Below are positions 38,148 through 48,900 of a stretch of DNA of 51,748 nt, piece after piece (position 1 is the first letter of the stretch; every line of letters starts with the position of its first letter). Source of the stretch: Duganella sp. (GTDB taxonomy: Bacteria > Pseudomonadota > Gammaproteobacteria > Burkholderiales > Burkholderiaceae_D); NCBI GenBank assembly GCA_036387635.1, contig DASVTJ010000047.1, positions 1 to 51,748 of the forward strand, in the 5' to 3' direction. The notes below the pieces were generated by a model that saw only the letters and a list, made by a program, of their open reading frames with translations, had not been told where the DNA came from and made no database searches. The position numbers and the translations under genes are program-made.

Positions 38148-40528
38148 TCTTCCTCGGCGTCCTTGTCGTCGGTGTTGCCCTTGGCTTTGTCGTCCTTGGT
38201 CTTCAACGGGGTATTAAAGTCGCGCATCAGGTTATTGCGGTCACGCTCGGTCTTGAACAGCTCCACGCGCGACTGCGTCAGCTTGCGCGGCCAGGCGTTG
38301 TTGCTGGTGTCGATGTCGGCCGTTTCCCAGTACGGGTCCTGCGTCAGGCCCACCATCGGCTCGTCGGTGACGATCAACTTGGTGATCTTCTTCGGCGAAT
38401 AGCGCCATACCTCGGCCGGCACCCGTTCGATGTACTTCTTGCCGCTTTTGAGTTCGATCTCCAATACCAGCGGCATGACCAAGCCGCCGATGTTCGAGAA
38501 GTCCACCAGATACATATGCTTGCCCTGGTCGAGCAGCTTCTTCTCCCACGGTTCCAGTTTTTCCACCGCCTTGGCGTAGTTGTTGCGGTCCTTGTTGGTG
38601 ACCGTGAACTCGTCATGCTCGTTGTAGAAGTCCTTCAGCTCCGGATGGCTGTCCAGGCGCTTCGGCATCGACTTGTTGCGCTGCTCCGAAACGGAAATCG
38701 GCTGCGCTGCCTTCTGCGCCTTTTTCCAGGCCTTTTCCTTCTCCGGATCCTGGGTGTTCACGCCGTATTCGCTGATGCCGTCGACACTGATGTCCACCGC
38801 GTCGGTGGTGTAAAACCAGCCGCGCCAGAACCAGTCAAGATCGGTGCCCGAGGCGTCTTCCATGGTGCGGAAGAAGTCCGCCGGGGTGGGACGTTTGAAC
38901 TTCCAGCGGTTGGCGTACTCCTTGAACGCGTAGTCGAACAGCTCGCGCCCGAGGATGGTCTCGCGCAGGATATTTAGTGCGGTGGCCGGCTTGGCGTAGG
39001 CGTTGTTCCCGAACTGCAGCAGCGACTCCGAATTGGTCATGATCGGCACCTGGTTCCGGCTGCGCATATAGTCGACGATGTTGCGCGCTTCGCCGCGGCG
39101 CGACGGATAGTTTTGTTCCCACGCCTGCTCGGCCAGATACTGCACGAAGGTGTTCAGGCCCTCGTCCATCCAGGTCCACTGGCGCTCGTCCGAGTTGATG
39201 ATCATCGGGTAGTAGTTGTGGCCCACCTCGTGGATGATCACGCCGATCAGGCCATACTTGGTCTGCTGCGACCAGGTCAGCGCGCCGGTCTTCTTGTCCT
39301 TGGAAGGACGCGGACCGTTGAACGAGATCATCGGGTATTCCATGCCGCCCACCGGACCATTGACCGAGATCGCCGCCGGATACGGGTAGTCGAAACTGAA
39401 CTTGTTGTACTGCTCGATGGTGTGGATGATCGCCTGGGTGCTGTACTGGCCCCAGAGCGGATTGCCTTCCTTCGGATAGTAGGACATCGCCATGACGTTG
39501 GTGCCGTCTTTTTTGTAGCCTTGCGCGTCCCAGATGAATTTGCGGCTCGACGCCCACGCGAAGTCGCGCACGTTGTTGGCCTTGTAGTGCCAGGTCTTGG
39601 TCGCGGTGCTCACCGACTTCTCGGCTTTCTCCGCTTCTTCCTGCGTGACGATCAGCACCGGCTTGGTTGCGGTCTTCGCCTTGGCCAGACGGTCGCGCTG
39701 CGCCGCGCTCAATACCTCGCCCGGATTTTGCAGGTCGCCGGTGGAGGCCACCACGTGGTCGGCCGGCACCGTCAGCTGGACGTCGTAGTCGCCGAATTCC
39801 AGCGTGAACTCGCCGGCGCCGAGGAACTGCTTGTGCTGCCAGCCCGCCACGTCGTAGTAGGCCGCCATGCGCGGGAACCACTGGGCGATTTCAAACAGGT
39901 CGTTCTTGTCTTCGTCGAAGCTCTCGTAGCCCGAGCGGCCGCCGAGCACCTTCTGCTCGTTGATATTGTAGGACCAGTCGATGTTGAACGAGTAGCTCTG
40001 ACCGGGCTTCAATGGCGTCGGCAGGTCGATGCGCATCATCGTGCGGTTGATGGTGTACTTCAGCGGCTGGCCGCCGGTGGTCACGCTCTTGATCTTGAAG
40101 CCGCCATCGAACTCGCCGGCGGCCAGCACGCCGCGCAGGCCTTCGAACTTGAAGCTCTCATCCTGCGAAGGCGGCTTGGCCCATGCTTCGCGCGACGGCT
40201 GCGTCAACATCATGCGCGCGTCGGAATCCTTCTTGTAGATGTTCTGGTCCAGCTGCACCCACAGATAGCTCAGCGTATCGGGCGACTTGTTGTGGTAGCG
40301 GATTTGCTCGCTGCCGGTGAGGGCGCGTTTGGCTTCGTCCAGCGTGGCGCGGATGGTGTAGTCCGCGCGCTGCTGCCAGTAGGCCGTGCCGGGGGCGCCG
40401 GAGGCGGTGCGGTAGGTGTTGGCGGAGGGGAGGACTTCGTCCAGCTGGCGGAACTTGTCATCGAAAGGTTCCGCCGCGAACGCGGAAACCGTAAAGCACA
40501 TGGCGACGAAGCCGAATGTTTTGCGCAT
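38144..40528 (-). CDS. Secreted M1-family zinc aminopeptidase
   Basis: GGMEYP, HEVGH-X18-E (WMDEG), signal peptide ending AFA. Confidence 0.93.
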   Translation of the reverse strand: MRKTFGFVAMCFTVSAFAAEPFDDKFRQLDEVLPSANTYRTASGAPGTAYWQQRADYTIRATLDEAKRALTGSEQIRYHNKSPDTLSYLWVQLDQNIYKKDSDARMMLTQPSREAWAKPPSQDESFKFEGLRGVLAAGEFDGGFKIKSVTTGGQPLKYTINRTMMRIDLPTPLKPGQSYSFNIDWSYNINEQKVLGGRSGYESFDEDKNDLFEIAQWFPRMAAYYDVAGWQHKQFLGAGEFTLEFGDYDVQLTVPADHVVASTGDLQNPGEVLSAAQRDRLAKAKTATKPVLIVTQEEAEKAEKSVSTATKTWHYKANNVRDFAWASSRKFIWDAQGYKKDGTNVMAMSYYPKEGNPLWGQYSTQAIIHTIEQYNKFSFDYPYPAAISVNGPVGGMEYPMISFNGPRPSKDKKTGALTWSQQTKYGLIGVIIHEVGHNYYPMIINSDERQWTWMDEGLNTFVQYLAEQAWEQNYPSRRGEARNIVDYMRSRNQVPIMTNSESLLQFGNNAYAKPATALNILRETILGRELFDYAFKEYANRWKFKRPTPADFFRTMEDASGTDLDWFWRGWFYTTDAVDISVDGISEYGVNTQDPEKEKAWKKAQKAAQPISVSEQRNKSMPKRLDSHPELKDFYNEHDEFTVTNKDRNNYAKAVEKLEPWEKKLLDQGKHMYLVDFSNIGGLVMPLVLEIELKSGKKYIERVPAEVWRYSPKKITKLIVTDEPMVGLTQDPYWETADIDTSNNAWPRKLTQSRVELFKTERDRNNLMRDFNTPLKTKDDKAKGNTDDKDAEEE

Positions 40529-40651
40529 ATTCTGTATTCCTGATCTTTGCCAAAAGAAAAGGAACTAGTGTATAGGAAGTTTGCAAAGCTTTACCGGCGG
40601 ATACAATAAAATACAATCGATGATACGGTTTATACTATTTTCATAAACCGG

Positions 40652-40675
40652 GGCGGCGGCCGGGGAGGCGCCGCC
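40652..40675 (-). terminator. GC hairpin downstream of the carboxylesterase
   Basis: GGCGGCG...CGCCGCC ~18 nt after the stop on the minus strand; weak U-tract. Confidence 0.4.
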
Positions 40676-40692
40676 GTCTGGTCAACTATTGG

Positions 40693-42237
40693 TTATTTAT
40701 TTTTCGCCGCTTGCGCATCCTGGAACTGGAAGTGGGCGTCGTCGGTGGCGGTCACCGCGCGCGACGTCGCATCCAGATGCATCAGGCGCGAACCGTTGCC
40801 GGCACTGGCTTGCGGCCATTCCGGCAGGCCGGCGCCATTCGGATTGCCGGTCTTGATGAAGTTTGCGAAGTAGCCCTGCATCTGCGCCGACAGCGCCCGG
40901 TCCTCGTCGGTCCATGCATAGACTTTATTGGCATTCAGGTTGCCCATCGCGTAATCGATTTCGGCCGAGTGGGCGGCGCCGGTGTCGCCAGGACGCGCGC
41001 GGCTGTAGTAATAACGATACACCGGCTGGCCGCTGGTACGCGCGTGCGTGTCGATCCACTTCCAGGTGCCGTAGGCGATGAAGCGGTCGCTGGCCAGGTC
41101 GGTCGCGGCTTGCGTGACATCGCCGGAGTAAGCCGCTTGCGCGGCGCCGGCCTGCTCGCCGTAGATTTTTTGCAGCGCCGCCGTGAAGTTGGCGGCCGTC
41201 GGCTCGGCGTCGCCCAGCACTTGTTTGTAGTGGCCTTCCTGCGAGTTCCAGCCTGCCAGCAGCGGCACCTTGGCCTGGTCGCCGTTGGCATACATCGCGC
41301 TTGGCGACTTTGGCAGCACATAGCCATCCTGCGTGGCGCTGAACCACGGCGCGCCGGGTTCCGCAAGCACTTCCATCAATCGCTTCGCCGGCAGGGCGCG
41401 CAGCGCGGCCAGCGTCGAGGCGCCGGCTTTTTCAGCGAAGGCTGCGCCGGTCTTTTCGGCTTCGGCCAACTGCGGCGGCGGATTGAGGCCGAGCAGCGAG
41501 CCGCTTTCGCCGATGGCGCCGGCGATCAGGCCCTTCGATAGCGGCGTGATCATCTGCGCGCTGACCGACCAGGAGCCGGCCGATTCGCCGGCGATGGTCA
41601 CGCGCGACGGGTCGCCGCCGAACGCCGCAATATTCTCCTTGACCCATCTCAGCGCCGCCGCCTGGTCCATCAAGCCGTAGTTACCCGACGCTTTGTTGGG
41701 CGATTCGGCCGTCAGCGCCGGATGCGCCAGGAAGCCGAACACGTTGAGGCGATAGTTGACGGTCAACGTGACGATGCCTTTGGCGGCCATGCTGGCGCCG
41801 TCGTAGCGCGGCTCCGAACCATCGCCGGCGGCGAAACCGCCACCGTAGAAGTACACCAGCACCGGCAGCTTGGCGCCAGCCGTGGCGCCCGATTTGGCCG
41901 GCGTCCAGACGTTCAGGTACAGGCAATCCTCGCTCACGCCGTCGGAGCGGAACACCATGTCCTTAAACAGCGGCAGCTGCATCGCGCGCGGGCCGAAGTG
42001 GTCGGCCTTGCGCACGCCTTTCCATTTTGCCGCCGGCTGCGGCGCCTTCCAGCGCAAATCGCCCACCGGCGGTGCGGCGAACGGTATGCCTTTATACGAC
42101 GTGACGCCGGATGATTCCAGCGTGCCTTGCACCACGCCGGTGGCGGTTGTGGCGCGCGGTGCGCTGGCGGCGTAGGACGGGGAAATGGCAGTGACGGCGA
42201 AAGCGCCGGAGGCGATCAGCAAACCGAATTTGTTCAT
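40693..42237 (-). CDS. Secreted type-B carboxylesterase
   Basis: GIPFAAPPVGDLRW, SEDCLYLNVW, GGGF oxyanion motif, GESAG nucleophile, AHSAEI. Confidence 0.94.
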   Translation of the reverse strand: MNKFGLLIASGAFAVTAISPSYAASAPRATTATGVVQGTLESSGVTSYKGIPFAAPPVGDLRWKAPQPAAKWKGVRKADHFGPRAMQLPLFKDMVFRSDGVSEDCLYLNVWTPAKSGATAGAKLPVLVYFYGGGFAAGDGSEPRYDGASMAAKGIVTLTVNYRLNVFGFLAHPALTAESPNKASGNYGLMDQAAALRWVKENIAAFGGDPSRVTIAGESAGSWSVSAQMITPLSKGLIAGAIGESGSLLGLNPPPQLAEAEKTGAAFAEKAGASTLAALRALPAKRLMEVLAEPGAPWFSATQDGYVLPKSPSAMYANGDQAKVPLLAGWNSQEGHYKQVLGDAEPTAANFTAALQKIYGEQAGAAQAAYSGDVTQAATDLASDRFIAYGTWKWIDTHARTSGQPVYRYYYSRARPGDTGAAHSAEIDYAMGNLNANKVYAWTDEDRALSAQMQGYFANFIKTGNPNGAGLPEWPQASAGNGSRLMHLDATSRAVTATDDAHFQFQDAQAAKNK

Positions 42238-42287
42238 GTCGTGGAGGTGTAAGGGGACAGTGGGAAAGGTGACGTCGAACTATAAAC

Positions 42288-42316
42288 TGGAAGCACTTCC
42301 ACTGGCGAGCGCTTTT
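42288..42316. promoter_or_regulatory. Putative LacI-family operator(s) upstream of the esterase
   Basis: TGGAAGCACTTCCA near-perfect palindrome followed by TGGCGAGCGCTTTT. Confidence 0.5.
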
Positions 42317-42334
42317 TATCGGCCGTCTTCAGTA

Positions 42335-42350
42335 AGTACGCTAGCGAACA
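42335..42350. promoter_or_regulatory. Putative Crp/Fnr-family class II activator site for the receiver-only gene
   Basis: AGTACGCTAGCGAACA, with TAGGAT -10 at 42372-42377 giving ~-41.5 geometry. Confidence 0.5.
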
Positions 42351-42426
42351 TACATTGCGTTTGGGCATTGTTAGGATGGCTTTATCGGCCTAAAAACCGC
42401 TCAATAACGAGATAAAGAGGCAAAAC

Positions 42427-42795
42427 ATGGCAAGCGCAAAACAAGTTCTGGTGGTCGACGATAACGTGGACATGGTTGAATCGCTGTCGGCGCTGCTGCA
42501 AGGCCACGGTTACGAAACCTCGGCGGCGCACAACGGTTACGAAGCATGCGACTCCGTGCGCGACGCGATGCCGCGCGCGATCATCATGGATCTGGGCATG
42601 CCGTGGATGGATGGTTTTGGCGCGGTGCGCGCGATTCGCCGCATGCCCGGCACGCAGTCGCTGCCGATCATCGCCTTAAGCGGTTCGGCGGACGGCGACT
42701 CCGCGCGCAAGGCGATGGCCGCCGGCTTCACGCACCATTTTTCCAAGCCGCTCAACTTCGAGCACTTGAACCAGTACCTCGCCAGCCTGAATTAA
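42427..42795 (+). CDS. Single-domain response regulator receiver protein
   Basis: VLVVDDN, MDLGMPWMDG phospho-Asp, ALSG, SKP. Confidence 0.9.
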   Translation: MASAKQVLVVDDNVDMVESLSALLQGHGYETSAAHNGYEACDSVRDAMPRAIIMDLGMPWMDGFGAVRAIRRMPGTQSLPIIALSGSADGDSARKAMAAGFTHHFSKPLNFEHLNQYLASLN

Positions 42796-43988
42796 GCGGC
42801 GCGCTTGGATGGTTGTTTGGCGTCGGCCGCGTTGTTGACCGCGCGCCCCGCGAACACCATCAGCAGCCCGGCGCCGGCCAGCACGGCGCCGGCGACCGGC
42901 ACCGCCGCGTAGCCGAAACCGGCCGAGATCACACCGCTGCCGACCGCCGCGCCAAGCGCGTTACCCAGATTGAAGGCGCCGACGTTGACCGACGACGCCA
43001 GGCCGGGCGCCTCCGCCGCCGCGTGCATCACGCGTATCTGCACCGGCGGCACCAGCGCGAAGGCGGCCGCACCCCACAATGTCAGGCCGATCATCGCGCC
43101 CCAATGGCTGGTCAACAGCAGCGGCAACGCCAGCATCACAACCACCAGCGCGGCCAGGAAGATCTTGGTGGCGCCATCGAGCGACCAGTCGGCGAGCTTG
43201 CCGCCGATGCCGTTGCCGATGGTGAAGCCGACGCCGATCAGCATCAGCGACAGCGTGATGAACAGCGACGAGGCGCCCGTCAGCGTGGTCAATACCGGCG
43301 CCACGAACGTGTACAGCGTGAACATCGCGCCTGCGCCCATGACGGTGGTCGCCAGCGCCATCAAAACTGTGGGCCGGATCAGCACACGCAATTCCTTGCG
43401 GATGTCGGGCATGGCGCCGGCCTCGCCGCGAGGCAGCGCCACGACCAGCGCGGCCATCGCCAGCAGACCCAGAGTCGCGGTGCCGCCGAACGCCATGCGC
43501 CAGCCGATTTGCTGGCCGATCCAGGTGGCGGCAGGTACGCCGCCGATATTGGCGATGGTCAGTCCCATGAACATGGTCGCTACCGCGCTGGCGCGCTTTT
43601 CCGGCGCCACCAGGTTGGCGGCGACCACCGAGCCGATGCCGAAGAAGGCGCCGTGATTCAGGCTGGTGACCAGGCGCGAGGCGAGCAGCGTCCAGTAGCC
43701 GGGCGCCATGGCCGACAGCAGATTACCGATCACGAAAATGGAGAGCAGCACCAGCAGCGCGTTCTTGGCGCGAAGGCGTGACAGCAGCAGCGTCATAATC
43801 GGGGCGCCGACCATCACGCCGAGCGCGTAGGCGCTAATTAATAAGCCGGCGCTGGGAATGGAAACGTGGACACCTTCGGCGATGACGGGCAGAAGTCCCA
43901 TCGGCGCGAATTCGGTGGTGCCGATGCCGAAGGCGCCGACGGCAAGTGCCAGCAGCGCCCAGGTGGGCTTTTTGAGCGTATCGGTCAT
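42792..43988 (-). CDS. MFS transporter (DHA1/AraJ-like)
   Basis: GIGTTEF..MGLL, HGAFFG, GLTIANIGGVP, AFNLGNALG; ~12 TMs. Confidence 0.93.
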   Translation of the reverse strand: MTDTLKKPTWALLALAVGAFGIGTTEFAPMGLLPVIAEGVHVSIPSAGLLISAYALGVMVGAPIMTLLLSRLRAKNALLVLLSIFVIGNLLSAMAPGYWTLLASRLVTSLNHGAFFGIGSVVAANLVAPEKRASAVATMFMGLTIANIGGVPAATWIGQQIGWRMAFGGTATLGLLAMAALVVALPRGEAGAMPDIRKELRVLIRPTVLMALATTVMGAGAMFTLYTFVAPVLTTLTGASSLFITLSLMLIGVGFTIGNGIGGKLADWSLDGATKIFLAALVVVMLALPLLLTSHWGAMIGLTLWGAAAFALVPPVQIRVMHAAAEAPGLASSVNVGAFNLGNALGAAVGSGVISAGFGYAAVPVAGAVLAGAGLLMVFAGRAVNNAADAKQPSKRAA

Positions 43989-44050
43989 GGTGGGCCTTGT
44001 CAGAAAAAGGCGACCACTTTAGCCGATTCCCACCGAGCTTGCAGAACATG

Positions 44051-44135
44051 GGGGTCAAGTCTGACAATCGGACACGAGGTCAGCGGTTGGAGCGAATTAT
44101 TGCCGGGACCGTGTCCGAATGTCAGACTTGACCCC
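44051..44135. repeat. 26-bp inverted repeat pair (REP doublet/MITE-like)
   Basis: GGGGTCAAGTCTGACAATCGGACACG ... CGTGTCCGAATGTCAGACTTGACCCC, one mismatch, 33-nt spacer. Confidence 0.85.
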
Positions 44136-44140
44136 GGGGT

Positions 44141-45814
44141 TTAGCGCAGCGTTTCAGTCAGCACGCGGCCTTCGGCGCCGGCCGGCGGACGCACGCGCAG
44201 GATGTTGGCCAGGGTCGGCGCGATGTCGACCACTTCGGCGTACTGGCCGTAGTGGCCAGGCTTGATCCACTTTTTACCCATCATCAGCAGCGGCACGTTG
44301 GTGTCGTACGCGTACGGCGAGCCGTGGGTGGTGCCGGTGTCGCCGTAGCCGAAGTACCAGTATGGCTTGGTGATCACCATCAGGTCGCCCGACGCTTCGC
44401 GGTTCCAGGCGCGGCGCATCAACGTGGCGATGCGCGTGCCTTGCACCGCGCCGCTCTCGAACTGCGTGCGGGTGAAGACGTCGGCGATGCCTTTTTGCTG
44501 CAGCAGGAACTGGGCGGCGGCGTTTTCGACGTCGGCGCGACGCAGGCCGCTCTTGTCGATCTGCGCGTAATCCAGATGGATGTTCGGCAGCGACCATGCT
44601 GTCAGCAGCTTGGCGCCGCCGAATTTATCCGATAAATACTTGTCCATGTCCTTCATCATCTGGTCGCCCTTGATGCGCTGCGCGTCCAGGTGCTGCGACT
44701 GCGAGAACTCGGCGGTGTTGGCGAAGCCGTGATCGGCGGTCAGCACCACCAGCACGTTGTCCATGCCGACGCGCTTGTCCAGATACGTGAAGAACTGCGC
44801 CAGCATGCGGTCGACGCGCTGCAAATGGTCGTGCGACAGTTTGCTCTCCGGGCCGAACGCGTGGTTGACGTAGTCGTGCGCCGACAGGCTGACGCCCAGC
44901 AGATCGGGCACGCCGGCCGGATTGCGGCCGAGGTTTTCGCCCTCGATGGCGGCGCGCGCGAAGTCCAGCGTCAATTGATCAAGATACGGGCCGGTTTTCA
45001 GCGCGGTGTAGTAGCCCGCGTCGACCTTGCCGCTCTCGCTGTAGTAGGTGTACGGCAGGCGGTTGTGGCCACCCGGCTTGGCCGGCGTCAGCTCCTCGCT
45101 GGCGTCGCCGGCGTAGGCCGCTTCCGGCAGCAGCGCCGACCAGGTCTTGCCGTAGTAGGCGTCCTGCGGCTTGGCGGCCTGGTAGCTTTGCACCCACTGT
45201 GGATGCGCCTTCATATAGAAGGTGCTGCTGGCGAAATTACCGCTCTGTTCCATGTACATGTAGGCGGTGCCGGTCTTACCGGCCAGCAGAATCGCGCCGC
45301 GATCCTTGCCGGAGACGGCGACCACCTTGCTGCGGTTGCCGGTGGCGTAGCGCAGCTGGTCGCCCAGCGTATCGACCCGCAGTTTGGTCGGCGCGGTGCC
45401 GTCGCTTGGATCGGTGTGCTCGCCGATGTAGGTGTAGTCGGTGTCTTCGGTGCAGTAGACCGATTTTTTGGTGACCGGATCGATCCAGTTATTGCCGATG
45501 ATGCCGTGCACGTAAGGATAGGCGCCGGTCAGCACGGCGCTGTGGCCGATCGCGGTGACGGTTACGCCGTGCGCCTGGTGCGCGTTGCTGAACGACGCGC
45601 CCTGGTCCAGCAGCCGGCGGAAACCGCCCTCGCCAAACTGGTCGCGGTAACGCTGCACCTGTTCATTCGGCAGGCCGTCGACCACCAGCACCACCACCAG
45701 CTTGGGCTGGGCGGCGGTGGAGATGGTGGCGGCCGGCGCGGCGCTGGCGCCGGTTTGCAGGACTAAACAGGTGGTCGCGATTGCGAGGGCGGGCAGGGAC
45801 AGTTTCATTGTCAT
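44141..45814 (-). CDS. Alkaline phosphatase superfamily protein (PafA/PhoK-like, Thr nucleophile)
   Basis: LVVDG, TVTAIGH, SGKDRGAI, DYVNHAFGP, TADHG, THGSPY; signal peptide after ATG 45814/45808. Confidence 0.9.
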   Translation of the reverse strand: MTMKLSLPALAIATTCLVLQTGASAAPAATISTAAQPKLVVVLVVDGLPNEQVQRYRDQFGEGGFRRLLDQGASFSNAHQAHGVTVTAIGHSAVLTGAYPYVHGIIGNNWIDPVTKKSVYCTEDTDYTYIGEHTDPSDGTAPTKLRVDTLGDQLRYATGNRSKVVAVSGKDRGAILLAGKTGTAYMYMEQSGNFASSTFYMKAHPQWVQSYQAAKPQDAYYGKTWSALLPEAAYAGDASEELTPAKPGGHNRLPYTYYSESGKVDAGYYTALKTGPYLDQLTLDFARAAIEGENLGRNPAGVPDLLGVSLSAHDYVNHAFGPESKLSHDHLQRVDRMLAQFFTYLDKRVGMDNVLVVLTADHGFANTAEFSQSQHLDAQRIKGDQMMKDMDKYLSDKFGGAKLLTAWSLPNIHLDYAQIDKSGLRRADVENAAAQFLLQQKGIADVFTRTQFESGAVQGTRIATLMRRAWNREASGDLMVITKPYWYFGYGDTGTTHGSPYAYDTNVPLLMMGKKWIKPGHYGQYAEVVDIAPTLANILRVRPPAGAEGRVLTETLR

Positions 45815-45920
45815 GTTGGTCGTCGTCAGGTGAGGGGGCGGGTGTTTCGGTGCAGCGGCGTAGCGTATCATGCGCGCCGGTATGCTAGCCCAAATTTGTG
45901 ACGACGCCGTGACAGTCTCC

Positions 45921-48900
45921 TTACGGTTGCGGGTCCCATCCTTCGCCACCGGCCCAGGCGGAAAACACCAGCGCGCGGCTGGCGAAGCCGGTTGCGACGT
46001 CCGAGGCGCTTAGTTGGAAGCCGCCGACCCGCGCCGCCAGGTTGACCGGATCGCCGGCCAGGTTGGTGGTGCCGTATTCGCGCCAGCCGCTGGCCGCATT
46101 CGGCGTCACCGGATTGGGCGCCGGTTGGCCATTGACGCCAGCGCCGGCCCAGCCGACCGCCGCGACGTGGTTGTCCATGCGCGTGTTGATGAAGGCGATG
46201 TTGTCCCACGTGGCCGTGCCGCCAGGGCTGCGCGCCAGATAGGTGGCCCCGGCCGGAACGTCGCCGTGCAGCGGGCCGGGGCCGGGGCCGTGCGTCAGGC
46301 GGCTGTTCAGGAACACGAAGCCTTTGTCGGCCGCGTTGGGCACGCGTGCTTGGAGCACGTAGCCGCCGCCGGTGGCGCTGGTGGTGTCGCCCAGCGAGCG
46401 GATTTCGCTTTCCTCGAACAAGGCCGCGCGGCTGCCGCCCCAGATAAAGTCGACGTTGCCGGCCACCAGGCTGCGGTAGAACCACGCGTAGCCTTTCAGG
46501 TTCAGCGTATCCTGCTCGCTGTGGAAGGCGGCGTTTTTCGCCACCAGCCGGCGGTTGTCGCTGTTGAAGTAGATCGCCTCCGCTTGGGCCGAGATGGCGC
46601 CTGAGCGCAGCGTCGTATTTTTTAGCGTCAGCGTGTCGAGCGTCAGCAGGTCGGCCGCCTCCACCAGCATCACCGAGCGGCCGCCGGACATCGCCGCGCT
46701 GTCCGGCGACTGGCTGCCGCCAGTGCCGCTGTTCAGGCTATCGTGGTTGGTGTACTGGATGACGGTGCCGTCGCGGCTTTCGCCCACCAGCGTGACGTTG
46801 TTTTTGCCACGCAGGTACAGCAGCTCCGTGTAGACGCCATTGCGCACGCGAATGGTCAGCGGATCGCCGGCCGCGACCTCCTTCATCGCGTAGTTGAGCG
46901 CCGCCTGCACGGTGCCGAAATCGGCGTCGTCGGCCGCGCCCACCGTCACGCTGGCCGCGCCCGGCGCCGGACCGGCCGCGCGGGTCGTGAACGACCAGTC
47001 ACCCAGCTTGCCGATGCCGATGAACGGCACGCCGCCCAGCGAGGCGCCGGTGAACACGCCATTGGAAATGGCGACGTAGTATTCGGTGCCGTATTCCAGC
47101 TTGTTACTGTGCGGTTTGATGGTCATGGTGTTGCCGGCGATACTGATCGGCGTGGTGTTGACCTTGCGGACCGCCGTCTGGCCGGCGTAGCCGAGGCTGT
47201 CCGTTTCGTTCACCAGCCGGATCACGTCCACCAGCGCATCGTCGCTTTTGCGGAAGATGCGGATGCTGCCGCCGGTGCCCAGCGTGGGCGGACTGTCGAA
47301 GGTCAGCTTGAGCGCGGCGTCGACATGGGCGTTGGCGGCCGCCGCGACGGGTTGCGTGGCGCCTTGCAGCGGATAGGCCTGCGTTGGCTGTTCGAAGCGC
47401 GGGCTGATGGCGGCGGCGATGGTCCGTTGCAGCGTGGGGTCCGATGCGCTGGTGACGACGATGGTGGCGCTGCCGGCGCCCACGGGCGTCAGCGTCAGCT
47501 TTTTGCCGCCGGCGTCGATGGCGACCGTCGCCACGCCAGGCCTGGTCGAACTGGCGCTGAAGGTATCGGCTGCGCCATCCGGCTTGACGGCGTTGACGTC
47601 GATCGTCAGCGGCGCGTCGCCCACCTCGGCGATGTAGTTCAGCGTCGCCGGATTGAGCGTCAGCTGCGCGGGCTTGAGCGACGGATCGCCGATGCGCACG
47701 TCGTCGATCTGGAACGATTTGTTGGTGGTGTACAGGCCGACCTGTCCGCGCTCGGCGAACGAGGCGTCGGTGACGGTGCCCAGCGATTCGCCGTCCAGAT
47801 AGACGGTCAGCGAAGTGCCGATCATTTCAAAGCGCACCGTGTAGAACTGAGCGTCCATCTGGATCGACTTGCGTACCTGCTTCGGTCGCGACAAGGTGGC
47901 GTTGAGCATGCGGGCGATTTCCACCTGCGTGCTGGCGGTGGTGTTTTGTACATTCAGGCCGCCGCCGTACCAGTTGCCGGCGTCCTTGTAGCGCGTGATC
48001 AGATACAGCTGCTTGTTGCCGGTGGTGCTGTTGGTCATCGGCTTGATGCGCGCCTCGACGTAGTAGTCTGCCGATGGCACGGCGCCCAGCGCGGCCGGTT
48101 TGATCAGCGCCAGCACGCCGCCAGTGGAGCCGGCCGTGTACTGCATCACCAAATTAGTCGCGCCGATGCTCTCGGGCTTGACGCTGAAGCTGCCGTTGGC
48201 GCCTGCCACCGGCAGCAGGTTCCAGTTGGCCGAGCCACCGTTCTGGAAGTCGTCGCAGAAGTACAGGCCGGACGGTGGGCAATTCAGCGTGACGGTGGTG
48301 TCGGGCGTGACGTCGCCGGTGCCCTTGATGGCAGTCGACAGTTTGCCGCCGCCGGCCTGCGCCAGCGCGTTGGCCTTGACCAGCGCCAGCGGCCGCGCCG
48401 CGTACGCGTATGGCGCGGCGAAGACGCCGCCGTTCGGCACCGAGCAACCGGCCAGCGGCTTGCCATTGAGCGCCGATCCGCTGTCCTTGAAGGCGCCGGG
48501 TACGGTGCCGCCGATCGGTTCGACGACGTCGTCGCAGCTTAGCCGGGCCGCGTCGCCGCTGGCCGCGCCGGCGATATCGAAGACGTTATTGTGCGACAGG
48601 ACCTGCGAGGCCTGGCCGATGCCGATCGAGTACTCGTGCGGGTAGACCGGATGAGCTTTGCTGCCGGCGAAGTAGTTGTTGAACATGTGGACCTGGCCAT
48701 AGCGCACGCGCGGCGAGCGGCTGACGATATCGCGGAACACGTTGTTACTGAAGCTGATGCGCAGCTTTCCGGTGTCGGCGGTGTCGCCGTCGCTGGAGCC
48801 GATCAGGTTGTTTTTGCGGTGCTGGCCGAAGACGTTGTACGACACCGTCACAAAGTCGGATGCCTTGGTGATGTCGAGCGAGCCGTCGTGGCATTGCTTG

